Part shown: positions 44,594 to 58,782 of the stretch, in pieces
Position numbering within the stretch: the first letter of the stretch is position 1
Layout of the letters: every line of letters starts with the position of its first letter
Assembly (NCBI GenBank): GCA_040954595.2
Contig: CM082588.2
Location: forward strand, 4,156,156 to 4,220,155
Reading direction: 5' to 3'
Length of the DNA: 64,000 bases
Source of the DNA: Balanoglossus misakiensis
Lineage: Eukaryota > Animalia > Hemichordata
Notes under the pieces: model-generated
What the model saw: only the letters and a program-made list of their open reading frames with translations
What the model was told of the DNA's origin: nothing
Databases searched by the model: none
Translations under genes and position numbers: made by a program

Positions 44594-45492
44594 GTAAGAC
44601 GTTTGCCATTGGCAGGTTTTGCGTTTTTATGTTTTACATTGGCAAAGTGGGATGGGTGGTTGTGACCTTTCCGCCATCTTTGAGGTCCGAGTCACTTCCT
44701 GGGGTGTTCTCAGTTGCAGAGAGTGGTCACACTTTGCCAGCTACAGAGGGGCATGTTTAGTGTTCCATTTTCAAATCGCAGCGGTCACACATTATCTGGG
44801 TGACTGCAGTGTCACGAAAGTTCCTTCAGTCGTTGCCTCTTTGCACACAGGTCCCGTTGCACAACTACTTCCTGCAACTGTGCACCAAACGGGAGGCGCG
44901 CGCGCCCGCGTAGTAAATAAACGGACTTTGAAGTGTTTGGTCATGTGATGTCTGTGTTCGAGTCTGTCATGCTCTCAATGTGGATGTTTAGAGGATTTCT
45001 TGTTACTTTTTGAATGTGTCATGCCCCCGTTGTTTTTGAAATTGTCGTTACCTTGAGCCACAATCACAGCGCGAAACGTACACCTGCTTTGATCGGGTGC
45101 GGAAGTTCAAGTGGTAGGTAATGTACATTGTACGCGCAGCGCATGTATTAGATGCAGACGCAAATCACAACTGCTACTATGTACTGGTGTTGCTGTTGGA
45201 ATCTGACAATTCGACTATAATGCACTACCTGTTGTTGCCTTTGAGGTGATTGGCAGAATGTGTTTTAAAATTTGGTAGATGTTATGTTTGACCTAATTTA
45301 GTCAGCTTTGAAAATACAAATCCATGCTCGATGATGGATGTAGTTTCATCTGTGATGCAGCTCTTCTGTAAGAATAGATGCAACTTAGCTAATCAACGAT
45401 GACACCTTCAAGTAAATGTTTCTTTCACACATGATGAAATATTGGTGACACAAGTCACATTTACTGTTTTCTGCTTCTTCTAGGAATAAACA

Positions 45493-47921
45493 ATGTCAGA
45501 AAGTGAACCTGCACCAAAGAGGGTAAGTACAGTATACTTCTTGAAATGGGGATAGTACAGTGCCCAATGAACTTCTATAGAACATACCACCATTCCAAAA
45601 TAGTGTTACACCCATGTTAAACCAGACAACATTTACCGTAGTTTTGCTCGAGTGTTCAGCAGTGTTTTATCCAGGACGGCATCGGCAGGGGGATATGTCC
45701 CCCTTAGCCAGAATATTTGTGGGGATTCCACTTTGGCAAGGGGGGACTGTAATATCTTCAACATGTGAGTGACATCATTTTAAGGGGCATTGATCCCCCC
45801 TTGACAAATTGCTAGGGGGTGCCAACATGTCAATAGGGGGTGAATCCCCTCATCCCCCTGTCTAGATGAAACACTAGTTCAGTGAATGACGCACCCCTTT
45901 ACCCTTTGCAGGTACGTCTGAGTGAAGATGACTTGAAACAGATGAGCAAAGAAGAACTATTGGCCCGTTGGAGTAAGCAAGAGATGTATATTGATACGTT
46001 GGAATCCCGGGCAGTGCAAGATTCGTCGGGATCCAGTAAGTATTCAGAGATTACATTCTGCGAGTAGGTCGTGTTCAGTTGATGCAAAGCCTCAGGAGAT
46101 GTGATTAGTACTGGCATAATGATAATATCTTCATCGTTCTCTGCTGACTGATCAAGAGGTCTGGCCCAGCCGTCTTTTTGTGTAGTCTATACATGTGGAG
46201 ATCATCTATAGTCCTTGCAGTGAGACGTACCTCACCTGTGTTTTAGATGCACTCGTATTTAACCACTCACGCTCTGTCTTTGAAACGCAGATGAAGAGCT
46301 GGCGGGACTGCGCGAGTCGGAGGAGAAACTGAAGCAGCAGCAGCAGGATTCCACCAGACGAGAGAACGTTCTTGTGATGAGATTGACAACCAAGGAACAG
46401 GAAATGCAGGAATATGCTGTAAGTGTTCACATCAGAGTGGGTTCGTACTTGTGATTATGATATCCATACTGACATACTCTGTATTCCCATATTTTGAGGG
46501 TATGTGGAGTCTCAAAATATACTACCATTAACACTAAACAGTAATAAATTATAATTATTACATATATATTTTAAGCCCTAAAACACTGCCATAAATCATA
46601 CTAAACAATGCTAAGTTTATGAAATTATAACCAGGAGAAAATCATTCACGTGTATCTATGGTAACTGATTGTCTTTGAATATCCCTAATATGACAGAGTC
46701 AGCTGACCGAGTTGAAACAGAATTCCACATCGGCCCAGTTGCGCTCCATCCTGCTGGATCCGGCCATCAACATCCTCTTCCAGAGGATTAAGAAAGAATT
46801 GGAAGAGAGCAAGGATAAGCTGGAGCAAGCCCAGAACGAAATGAGTGCCTGGAAATTCACCCCGGACAGGTAATATCGAATTCAACTCTTTCTTGAGAAT
46901 TTGGAAATACATGTAATGTAGTGGGGTGTGTTCTCTTTCTGCAAACTGGACCACTATTATGACTCAGGGAAGTTGTGAGTTCGGATCCGAATGGGAAAAA
47001 CCACCAATGGAGAATCTGATGTATCAGCCTTTCATTGAAGATGGTCAAAGATCGTCATCTTCAAACAATTTTGTTTTTTCTCTGACAGTCAAACGGGTAA
47101 GAAGTTGATGTCCAGGTGTCGGCAGCTGATCCAGGAGAACCAGGAACTGGGCCGGCAGTTGTCTCAAGGTCGCATCGCCCAGCTGGAGGCGGAGTTGGCG
47201 CTGCAGAAGAAGTACAGCGAGGAGTTGAAAAGCAGCCAGGATGGTGAGTGTCTGCGGTGTGGTTTTCGCCCAAGTTGCAGTCACTTTTGTGGTTGTTTCT
47301 CTGTGTGTGTGTGTTGGGGGGGGGGGGGGGGGAGGTGAGAAGAGAGAGAGTCTTCTTGTGTGAGAAACGCCTGCATTTCTGGTATGAGGTCTACAGAACA
47401 TGGCAGGCCAGTTGTGAGTTGGAATTGGATGATGTAGGAGCTTCAGTATGCCTCACACAGTCATCATGAATTTGAACTCGAAGCGAAGCCATTGGGACAA
47501 CCCCCTTGACCTGTTGACAGCTCTGTACCCCATTGGCCTCGCTTGAGTTCAAATTCAAGATGGCTGTGTGAGAACGCTAAGGTTATGACAAGGGAGTATT
47601 ATATCTTCTTCTTTCAATTCCACACGGTACAGAACTGAACGACTTCGTGATCCAGCTGGATGAGGAAGTGGAGGGCATGCAGAGCACCATCCACACGCTG
47701 CAGCAACAGTTGAAAGAGACCAAGCAGCAGCTGGTGCGGCTGAAGGCCGCCGAGAGTGCCGCCATGTGCACCAACAGTGTAAACTACACCACGCACGAGA
47801 GTCGCACAGACAAGGCGCATGCCCCGAACTCCCTGTCGGAGCCCGCTGCGGCCGAGAGAACTTCTTCGCTCAGTGCTGCTAAGAGTGGGGAAAAAACTTG
47901 GTACGAAAATCCACAGACTTC

Positions 47922-47952
<31 letters not shown>

Positions 47953-48483
47953 GCAACAACAACAACAGACGAAGTGTATCGAACACAATCGACGACTCTG
48001 AATCACACAGAGGCGTCCGACAATGACGACGACGACGTCGAAGGCATGGACACGAGCTCGCAGGAGAGCGCGGAAGCGGCTTGCTCCGGCAGGACGAAAG
48101 GCGAGGTAATATACCCTGACGATAAAGAGGTAAATAGAACTACTGCCACTGTCTCCAACGAACTGCAAGAAAACGCCACGGAAATAAGTACGTTACAAAA
48201 CAAGGGCGCCTCCGAACAGCCGACTTCAGGGGGGAGCGAAGGCTGCCCCCGGGAGGAGGAGGACGGCCTGTCTACTTACCACAAGCATAACAATAAAAGC
48301 TCATCAGAGATTCTCAGTGACGCAGACAGCCCCAATGAAATAGATCTTGTAAGCAAAGACCCGTTTGAAGTGACTTCGCCCGCCAAAAGAACTGGGGAAG
48401 TGACAGACTCAGTCGAGCATTCAGAACGAAACGGGCTGTCCTCTAAGCCCCCTGAAACTTCATGTGTCACTGAGAGTGATTGA
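45493..48483 (+). CDS. WTAP: Pre-mRNA splicing / m6A writer regulator WTAP, multi-exon
   Basis: MSESEPAPKR|VRLSEDDL, RRENVLVMRLTTKEQEMQE, LLDPAINILF, QNEMSAWKFTPDSQTGKKLMSRCRQLIQENQELG, IQLDEEVEGMQSTI; low-complexity tail with poly-Thr. Confidence 0.97.
45660..45876. mobile_element. MITE with about 14-bp TIRs and a 6-bp target-site duplication
   Basis: TIRs CAGTGTTTTATCCAG / CTAGATGAAACACTA. GTTCAG sits directly on both sides (45654-45659, 45877-45882). Confidence 0.7.
47452..47572. mobile_element. Palindromic MITE-like element with about 45-bp inverted arms
   Basis: CTCACACAGTCATCATGAATTTGAACTCGAAGCGAAGCCATTGGG versus CCCATTGGCCTCGCTTGAGTTCAAATTCAAGATGGCTGTGTGAG. Confidence 0.75.
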
Positions 48484-49375
48484 AAACTTCCTTCAGGAAA
48501 AAATGGAAAAAAAGCAAAAACATTTATGACCTTGTGACAAAGACTTTCAGTTGTTTTAGAGAAAAAAACTGAACATCAGTGTTTTTTGCTGAAATGTGTC
48601 CGTATTTTTGGTGAAAATTCCTTTATGTAGATGTAATGTTTTCTGTTCCGTTTGTATACATACAATCAATATTTTTTTTAATTATACTAGCCGGGGGAAA
48701 TGCCTAAAGATTGGACAGTTATAAAGATACCTAATGAAAAACAAGTTTGCTCACAGAAGCATTTTTTTCTGAAATTGGCTCACTGCGTTGAATTCAGCGA
48801 CTTTTTTTCCTGTATTCTGAAGTTTTTTACACAAAACGTTCAACAATATTTTCAGAATTTTACCTAGCGTGTCAATTAAAGTGATACCAGCCTAGAGATG
48901 TGTTAGCTTAAAAAGTGTGCTGCCAAAAAAGTGAACATGTTCATTTATATCAGAAAAAAATAGCGCTTTAATAGTTCTTTGTTTTTAAACCCCTTGCTAC
49001 TCTTTTGCCTGTTACAGTTGTTGACTTCCTGTATATATCAAATTATCAGCATCTATTCAAATCAGTCTGATGGCCCATGTCTTTTTCAGAGTTATATACC
49101 CATTTATTTTTCAGAATAGCCTGTTTGGCTGCAGTGGTATGCACACTGTGTGTGTCAAAGTTGCATGTGTTTCTCATTGCTTGTCCAAAAGTCATGTGAT
49201 TACGAGCAAATGTCTCGTCCAAAAAGTTGCAGTTATAAAATCAACGAATGGAGTGGTGTCATTATTTTGACTGGTCACTCCATCCTGCATAAAATGCGTG
49301 ATGGCTTACACTGAATTTAGCAAGAAATTTGACAACAGTACACTGCAAGATAAGTTACTAGAATAGGTTTGTTAA

Positions 49376-49460
49376 CCCTTTCACCCCCAGTTCCATCTAT
49401 AGAGGTTCAACCTTACCATAGAAAATAATGGGTTTGGCCCGAACCATGGTGGTGAAAGGG
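49376..49460. mobile_element. 85-bp piggyBac-type MITE in the WTAP downstream/3'UTR region
   Basis: TTAA|CCCTTTCACC ... GGTGAAAGGG|TTAA: perfect 10-bp TIR with CCC ends and a TTAA TSD. Confidence 0.9.
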
Positions 49461-50855
49461 TTAAAGAGCCGGTGTATATGTTGCAACTTGCATGGTAAAT
49501 TTAGGAACATATACACCTATTGTAGCACGTTAGCTAAGGTATATATCGTTGATTAGTGCTGTCAAAAGTTTTTACTGAACTCAGTGTAATACCAGTAGTT
49601 TGTTGACACAGTTTGTGATATCTGGTATGTCCTGTTAATGTTAAACTTTACCAGGTCAGATAAAGTTAACCAATTATGTTCTCCTTGCATGTATCATTGA
49701 CAAAATTATGCACACCACATGACCTTCATTCGACCAATCATAGCGCAGGAAACGGGGGACGTGTGTAACTGAATGGGGCTCTCACTTCCGACAAACAGAA
49801 CACCATAAATATGTACACAAAACATACATACATATCGTCCCTGAATATACAGTAGAATCAGAACTACCTGGTTACTCTTGGGTAAAGTACTTTGTGTTGA
49901 ATGTTACACATCCTTGCCATGGAAACAAGAAAAACTAATCTTAGCAATTCATTGACTGTAAAACATTGCTTGAAACATTTTCCTTGTGCAAACCTCACAT
50001 TGCAACAATTTATCACATTTTCGTCATTTTTGACAAGTTTAGCCAATCATCAGACAACACGATGTCTTACCGTTCTGGATGAAATCAAGGTGACGTTGAT
50101 GGAAATCTGATGGTTTTGTTACTTCATGTTTTGAAAAATTATAGCTTTGAAACTTGCAGGCCGTGCAGAGAATTCTAAATATCAGGGATAATTCTATTGC
50201 TGTTATTTTTTTTTATTGAAATACATCGTTATTCATGATGGCATACAAGATGTCAGTTTCTTTTGGAGATGTAGACTTGCTATTGGTGATTTCAGGTAAC
50301 TATTCAGCACTCTAATAATTATTTTGTTTTAATGCCAAAATCGTTTTCCTGTTAGTTCGTTAAACATTCCAAAATCATTTTCAGTGTTACCTTATGTTGT
50401 ATCCAGGATTTTTCTGATTAAAGAAATGGGGTTTGTGTATAAGCATCCCCCCCCCCCCCCCGACAGAACAGCTGCGTTTCCACAGCCAAGTTTAACCCTC
50501 AGTACTAGATTGGAGCCAAGAAAACCCCTCTTCATTCTAGGCTGTGTGTGCCATATTTTGAATGTTCTGTACACCTCTTGTGCATGGGCCATCATGCCTT
50601 TTTACTGATTTGCGAAATATGTAATTGTTTACATCAAATCTGTGTTGTATCTAAGAATCCAATGGAGTAAACAACATTATGTTCCTTTCAACTTTGCTTT
50701 GAGGCTAGCCAGAGCCATCTTGTTTCCACTTGAAGTTTCACGAATAAATAAAAAATGAAAATGTGAGCCTAACATGCCTCAGTGTCACTTTATTTTACGT
50801 CAAAAGTATTTCTCCCCTCCCTTACGTTATGACCGTGTCCTGCTACAATTCCATC

Positions 50856-50909
50856 TGTCTGTCTGTCTGCCTGCCTGTCTGTCTATCTATCTATCTATCT
50901 ATCTATCTA
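50856..50909. repeat. (TCTG)/(TCTA)n microsatellite
   Basis: Visible simple repeat. Confidence 0.9.
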
Positions 50910-51641
50910 CTAGTATTTTTCTGTCTGTCTATCCTATATGTGTCTTCTGCTACGTTATGCTGTGCCACTGATACGCAAAACATAAATCTCCGCCGCTAGG
51001 TAATTACGTCGACGGGACTTTCCCAATCCAATCTTTTCAGTCGTCATCCCATCCCGTGCATGTTATGTCACATGAGCCATGTGAAATAAATGTAGGTGTG
51101 TCAATGAACATGACAAGGGCCATTGGGCTGTACCACTTTGAGACAAGGGCTCCAACAGAATTGCATGAACGAATATCACACAACGCTGTCCTCTATGTGT
51201 GATGATTATTTTCAGTTTCCATGTATTACTTGAAATAAGTGTTGTTCACGTCTACAGATTTTTTCAAAACTCTGCGATATCTCTCAAGTCGAAACATTGC
51301 CATGTTTAGGAACTCCCTTAATGAATTATGGTGTACCCTGCACACATATACATTAACGTGTGTCGGCGACATATTAAGTGTGTCATATGTCAGCCTTATT
51401 TATACAGTTTCGAAATCAATGTGTGTTTGACAGGTACATGAATGGTAATGTTCGACATCGACATACTATAGTATATATACATTATGTGAAAATCTGCAAG
51501 TTGCTTACAATAATAATGTCGACAACGCCTCTACCGTACTACAGTCTACCTCAATATAGTTCACCAAGCATGTGATTAAGTGACGCGTCGACGTGCTATG
51601 AAAACAGTTTGATTTAGAATGGCATAATAGTGAAAATCATC

Positions 51642-54600
51642 ATGCAGAAATCTTTGAACGATCAGCTGTTATCAGCGGCAGAAACAAACCACATCGCCGC
51701 AGTTCGACAGCTATTCACCCGAGGGGCTTCACTGACGGCAACCGACAAGAAGGTAAGTGTGTTTGTTTCAAGTGTGGCAATGTCAATTTCGTGCGAGTGT
51801 CTATTTCGGCCGGGGATGTTGCATATAACGCTGACAGAAATGTACGTGTAATGAATCATACACGGTTTATACATAGCAGTAGTGTTTATTATGACGGGCG
51901 ATTGTCAATAAATCTCATGTTTTTTTAAAATAACGCCGTCAAGTTCCTTGGGCCGCGATTGACTATGACCTAGCTCGACCACCAACATGGCGTTTGGGCC
52001 AAGTATGACGTTTATACATGCACGATTCTCTTCCTAACATATTAAATGATACATCCTGTCACGGTTTACTAGTTGTTGTGTATGGTGCGGCTGTACGTCC
52101 ATGGTTAAGCCATGCACTGATATCAATCCCGCGATTTCAACACTGCCCTGCGCTTGTACAATGTAGTGTAACCATGGAGATTGGACGCTATATTGGGCGC
52201 GCGTCACCTGGCAATGCAAAGCGTGTATTTGTACTGCACAGAAACGCCATAGTATGGTAATTAACGCCATAAATTAAAAATAAGCCATAAACTCGCTCAC
52301 AAACAACGAGGGTAATTTCCAAAATAAATTAAAATGAAAAATGTTCATGATTTTGTTTGCATTAGTGGTTGTTTATAGACATTTCATATGGTAAAATGTA
52401 ATTGTTACCTTTTGGAAAATAATAACTTTTGAAAGTCAAAGTATTTTTATTAGATTGCCAATATTCACGGACAGTGGTCTGCAGATCCTGCATGTAAATC
52501 TTGTATATATATACTAGTATATATTTTTTCTGTGAAATAGGGTGAATACAATGCCATCCAGTTGGCTGCAAAGTGTGGGAGCACAGAAGTTGTAGAGTTT
52601 CTGGTCAAAGTTGATGGTTGCCCCATCAATTCACAATCAAAAGTGAGTACTTATATAGACTTTCTTTCTTTACAAGGAAACTGCATAATAATATAAGAGG
52701 AAATAGAAAAGAAAAGGAAAGAAATTATTTTCTTCTTTAGATTTTTTTCCTGTAAGAAGTATAAGTCCAATAAGGCCATTTCCTCCTGAATTTGTGAAAA
52801 CAGGTTTAATGTACCCTATGTTGACTTCTGATTTTTGTTTAGAATAGTATTGGTGCTTACTAGTAATTTAAATGCGGGCATCATGGAATCAATAGGGATC
52901 CACCATGTTTGGCAACAGTACCCACAATGCAATGCCTCATTCACCCACCACACAATGTGAATGAGTTTATGACCATCATATATGAATGTGTCCAAATTGA
53001 CATGGCCATAATGACATGACAACATATATTTCTTACAGTCCAGCGGTCGAACCGCCCTACATTTGGCCTCGCAGTATGGTCACGGGCTTGTAGTGGATGC
53101 TTTGATCAAAGCGAACTGTGACCTACACCTACGCACTAAGGTATGTACTTTGCCCAGCAGACACCAATACCCAATCATAGACAAAATGAAACTGCCCTGT
53201 CAAAATGTGGTGCAACATTTTTTTTTTGTTTTCACACATTTTTCCCTGTTTTTCTCCTTAATTTTAGACCAATGGACATCATTTTCCATTGTCTACACGT
53301 CTTGATCAAAATTTTACAAAAAATACGGAAAAAGTTATGAGGGTTAATAATTAATAATTTTATTCCCTATTCCTCGGTTGAATTGTTTCAGCTGTTTGGC
53401 CGAACTGCTCTACACTGGGCGGCAGTCAGTGGACAGTACACCATTGTGGAAAGACTCCTGCAGGCAGGAAGTGATGTCAATGTTCCTGACAAGGTCAGTA
53501 GTGGTCATGTGACTATCACATGACACCAGACAGGAATCTATGTGTGGACTTGATAAAGCAACTTCACCAGAAGCAAAAGTAGTTGTCTAGATCGAAGCCT
53601 ATATATCTATTCTAGAAACCTGTCTATACCAAATGCCCCTTTAAATACATGGGAATAGACCACAAAATTTCAGATGATAATCAATAATATAACTAATATG
53701 TAATGAAAATATTTATCTGTAGTTTACAGTTTTTGCTCTACCACATATCAGTCTGTTCTTTAGTTGTATCATTTTCTTTTATTTGTTACACTCATTTGAA
53801 TGTTATATGATCAAATATTCACATATTGTGCATGGTAAGTGACATCATGTCTTCCATTTCAACTTCATTGTAGAGCTGTGCAGAAATGGCTTCAGAAGTT
53901 GCGGCATCTAAAGGCATCTCTCTACAAGCTCCTCTTCTTGTAAGTTTAGTAATCCATGTGTTAATTCCCTTCCTAATTTACTACTGTGATACTCTATAAT
54001 TGTCACCTAGCAACTGAGTACAAAGGTCATGTATGGTAACTTCCATTGACTGTCACGATAAGGTAATTCCTGAACAACTGTATTGTATATTATTCTTTGA
54101 AAAATGACACTGCATTGTATGAAGTGAAATTGTTGGTTTTCGTTCCTGTACAGAGTATAGGAAGTACAGCATTACACATGGCGTCACAACTCGGTCATAA
54201 ATCGACAGTTGGAGCCCTTCTCAGAGGTGGAGCCAAGGTGGATGTGACACAGGTAAATGGTGAAGGTATTTGATTATCATTGAGTAAGTTACAGTCTCAA
54301 CACATTCGACGTCGGTCAGCTACAAAAATTTGGTGGATCAGTGAACATTAGAGAGTTTAATGAATATTTGTTGCTGTTCTTCAGGCCAGTGGCAGAACTG
54401 CCCTGCATTTGGCAGCAATGAATGGACATAGTGAAGTCATGGAATTGCTTATCAAAGCAGGTGCTGACATCAACAGGACAACTCAGGTGTGTTGCAAACA
54501 GTGCAGTTATTTCAATTGGAAACATCTGTGAAAATATCTTTTGTCTAAATCCTGGTTATTTGTACATGTTAGCTGTAATTGCCAAAGAATGAGCTTCAGT

Positions 54601-57600
54601 GTATAATCACAAATGTTCACATCCCTAATGAATAAATGTATAAAGTACTAGTGTACAATGATTGTGCACTAATAGTGAAAGCAAAATGATAATAAGTTGA
54701 TTGCCATGCTGAGTGTATAATTGAGTCATGAACTAAGAAATTGTGATTTGCTAGAGACAGGGTCGACACTGCCTGTAGACTGTAATATCTCAGTTACCAT
54801 GTCCCTATACTATACAGAGACTACAAACACCACTTCACTTTGCTGCATCTGGTGGACATCAGAATGCCGTCCAAGTACTGTTGGATTGTGGGTGTGAGAC
54901 CGAGTGCAAGAATAAGGTAAGAATAGGTACACATAAAGCAAGATTTGTTTTTAAGGGTGACTGGCTGTTCAACTTTCCTGCATAAAAAATGATGCATTGT
55001 ATCACAAACCAAACATTTCTCCTGCACTTTCCTGCAGCTGAACATGCGACCAGTTGATCTTGCCCAAAACAAAGGACATGAAGAGATTGTTGAGATAATC
55101 CTAGAGAGACAAGTGAGTAGCCTGCCCACTAGTGGCCACTGTGTATTAATTTTGATGCTTTACAGCAAAAAACATTATGCGGACTTCTGGTGCTTAATTG
55201 GCAGAGTACAGTGTTTGCTTATTCTGGTTCGGTCAATTTCCATTGTTTTCTATGGTAAACCTGAACCTCTATAGAGGAAACTGGGGGTGAAAGGGTTACT
55301 GGTAATATAAGAACTTTTTCTGATAGTGTTTATAGTCTACATTTTCTGAATTGTTGCTTTCAGGAGAGAGATCACCATTCAGGTGAACCAGAACACAGAA
55401 AAATGGGTAAGTCTAAGAAATGACTGTATATGATATACTGATGCATGAAATTCTTTAAAAACCTTAGCATCTACAGAAATAAAACATAACGTGGAATTCC
55501 AATTCACCATGACATGTGACTCTGGTTTCAGTGCCGAGGGAAATTGATCTGAGAGGCCCCGAAGTCAGGAGGATATATGAGAGGGCGTGTGCAGAGGGGA
55601 AAAAGAAGGTCTACCGGGCTAGAGTGATGTTCGTCGGACAGCAAGGTGTGGGTAAAACCAGTCTTGCGAAGAGTCTACGAGGAGAACAATTCCAGTGCGA
55701 TGAGCCGAGTACCAATGGAATCGACACAGATCCATCAGCGTGTGTTATTGACATTAAACATTGCAAGTCGAGAGCATCAGCTGGTAAGTTTCACAGTCAG
55801 TCGGTCACCATATTGCCATCTTAAGTTAGATTATATCCAAGATTTTCGGGGGGAAAATGGTAGTAGACATGAAATCTTTCAAACTGTGTGTGGTGACTTG
55901 TTGTAATGGGGAAACTTCATATCCACTGCGGTCTTAATCGAACTACTGAGACAAACAGCTTGACATCTATCATTGACATCAACTACACAGACACATACTT
56001 ACTGCCTAGACACATACTTATCTGCGAGTCATGCAGTTACTGTTCTGTGTTTGCAGGCATTGTAAGAAGTGTTCCGGCCATGTCTGATGGCAGGGTATTA
56101 CATGATGTAGATGCACTCAATATTGAATGCGTTTCAAATCCAGGTGATGCCTACAACAGCGCCATCTCTGGCGACATCTTCAATAGTACGGTTGCTAGGC
56201 TCGTCGCAGCCGAGCTGAAGAAGAAGTCTGTTGCAACTGAACAGAACGCGAGTGACTTTCGTCAGGGGGTCGAGGAAAGAAAAGACGGCGAAGACAAGCC
56301 ATTTGAAGAACCACAACAAGTGGATGATGGGAGCAGCTCCGAGGATGAAGGATTTATGGAGACAACAGTTACACCGGGAAAGGATAGTGACTTCCAAGGC
56401 AAGGCTAATGAAATTCCATTCACTTCTGACATTCCTAAAAAGTCCTGGAATTTAAAACCTTTTGATTATCATTTATTCATTCATTTATTTAGTTATCTAT
56501 CTACCTATCTAACCATCTATCTTCCTATTTACTTTTTGCAGACACTGATCTATCACTAGCCATTGGTATTCAGGAATCGCCTCCAATGTCTGAATTACCT
56601 GATGAAATAACAGAGATTTTAGAGCAGTTGACACTTGAGGGCGTTCTTGATGAAGACTTTGATGAGGACCCAGAAATTACTTTGTCATTTTGGGACTTTG
56701 GCGGGCAAAGTGTTTTCTACACTACACATCAGGTACAATTTAGCCATTTTGATTTCCTTGACAACTGGTTCTGCATTTCTTGTGAGAAACGGTGGCTCTG
56801 AGAATTGTCATTTCTACAACTGATATTGCACCCCTGTGGAAAATAATTACATAATATATTTGTAGGGAGTTTTAATGTTTCCTAACTTAATCTAATCTGG
56901 TACGTCCATGATCTGATAGAAGATGTCCTCCAAAATCATGTTGGCTTTTAAATTTAGTTGTACATAGCTTCAGTTAGGAGACAATCATTACTGAGCGAAA
57001 TGAATTCTAGTTCAACTGGTCTTGAAAAGTCTTGGAATTGAGGCAACTCAGGGGATAACCAACCGTGAAAGTCTGAAAATTCATGTTCACATTAGGAAAG
57101 TTCATTCAGCTTCCCATGCTGTTGTAAAATGGGGATTATCATCACAAACAACTGGCACATTACTGTACAAACTTCCCTGGACATTGGCTATGTATGTGCA
57201 CATGCAGTCCATCCAGACACATAATCTGTTTGAACCCTGTTTTACTACCCATCCATTCCTAGGTGTTCTTGACAAACCGAGCTATTTACATACTCGTACT
57301 CGATGCAACCAAAGCCTTGGATGCGCCCGTATCGCCAGAAACCAGACACAGTGTCCATGAAATATTTGCCGAACAAACAACTTCAAAGGTCAAAGGTAAC
57401 TCATCTTTAGATATTCAACCACCTACATAACAGAAATAGTTGCCTGCAGTCATTTTATTTTGATGATGATTACGTTATTACGTTAGCATTCCAAGTCTTG
57501 ATGTTTTTGGTAAAACTGCTGATAATTTTGATGTACACTGCAGAAAATGCATGCAGTCACTCATGAGTGTTTAAGTTCAGATATATTGTTTCTATATCTG

Positions 57601-58749
57601 TGAAATATTCCACGCAGATAACACTAATTGCTTTTATTAATTTCCAATGTAGATTATATCAGCTTTTGGTTGAACTCCATCCACGCCAGTGTCTCTCGGC
57701 CCCAAAGATCTCAGGCAAACTCACCTGGTAACCAGAGACAACCAGCATCGCCACCCGACAACCGCACACAACCGGCATCACCAGCCGTGATACTTGTTGG
57801 CACTCACAAGGACAAGTTAATTCAGGTAATAGAACGGTTTTATAGAAAGTGGGTGATGTACTAAATTACATTAGGCAAGACAAATTAGACAAGACTTCAC
57901 ATATTTATGAAAATAGATATGGTTCTGAAATGATTATAGCCACAGGAGGCCCATTAATGGTTGTTAATTCTCACCATCCTTGTGGCCTTGTATGAGATTC
58001 TGAATCAGGTACCTGTCTTTGCTATGACGATGTTGTTCTCCTTTTGGTAGGGTGTTGAGGTTCCTGACAGTCGAGCAGAAGCCGAGCAAGACAAGAGAGC
58101 CCAACATTTCTTGACCGATGTCAGGAAGTACCTGGGGGATCACCTGCAAGCGGCCCACGAGCACGTCCTCCCCGAGCAGTTTGTGGTGGACAACTCCCAA
58201 AGAGCCAGAACGGGCAAGGACGATCCCCAGCTCTTGTTGCTACAGCAACAGCTCTACCAGGTTGCCAGGCAACAGAGCTGGATGGGGGAGGAGATTCCCA
58301 TCAAGTGGCTGAGACTCGAAGAGAGAATCAAGTCTCTGAAGGACGACGGTGTGAAGTTTATCAGCTTGTGCGAGATGGAGGACATTGCGAAGACTCTCAT
58401 GATTAAGAAGGTGTCTGATGTTACAGTGATTCTGCAGTTTTATCACGACATGGGAGATATTATTTATTTCAACGAGCCGCGGTTACGGGACTTGGTCATT
58501 CTGGATCCCCAGTGGTTGATTGACGTCTTCAAGAGCATCATCACCGTCAGACAGTACCAGTATCAAAGTCCACACTGTCGCAAGTACTGGGATAAGCTGG
58601 ATAAGGAAGGAATCTTGGACATCCAGCTGGTTGAGTCCATGTGGGACGCGTTGGGGCTGAGCAGACATCAAGCTGTCCTCCTGGATGTCATGGAGAAGTT
58701 TGACTTGATATGTCCTTGTGTTATGCAAGACGATGACGATGATGATGAT

Positions 58750-58782
<33 letters not shown>

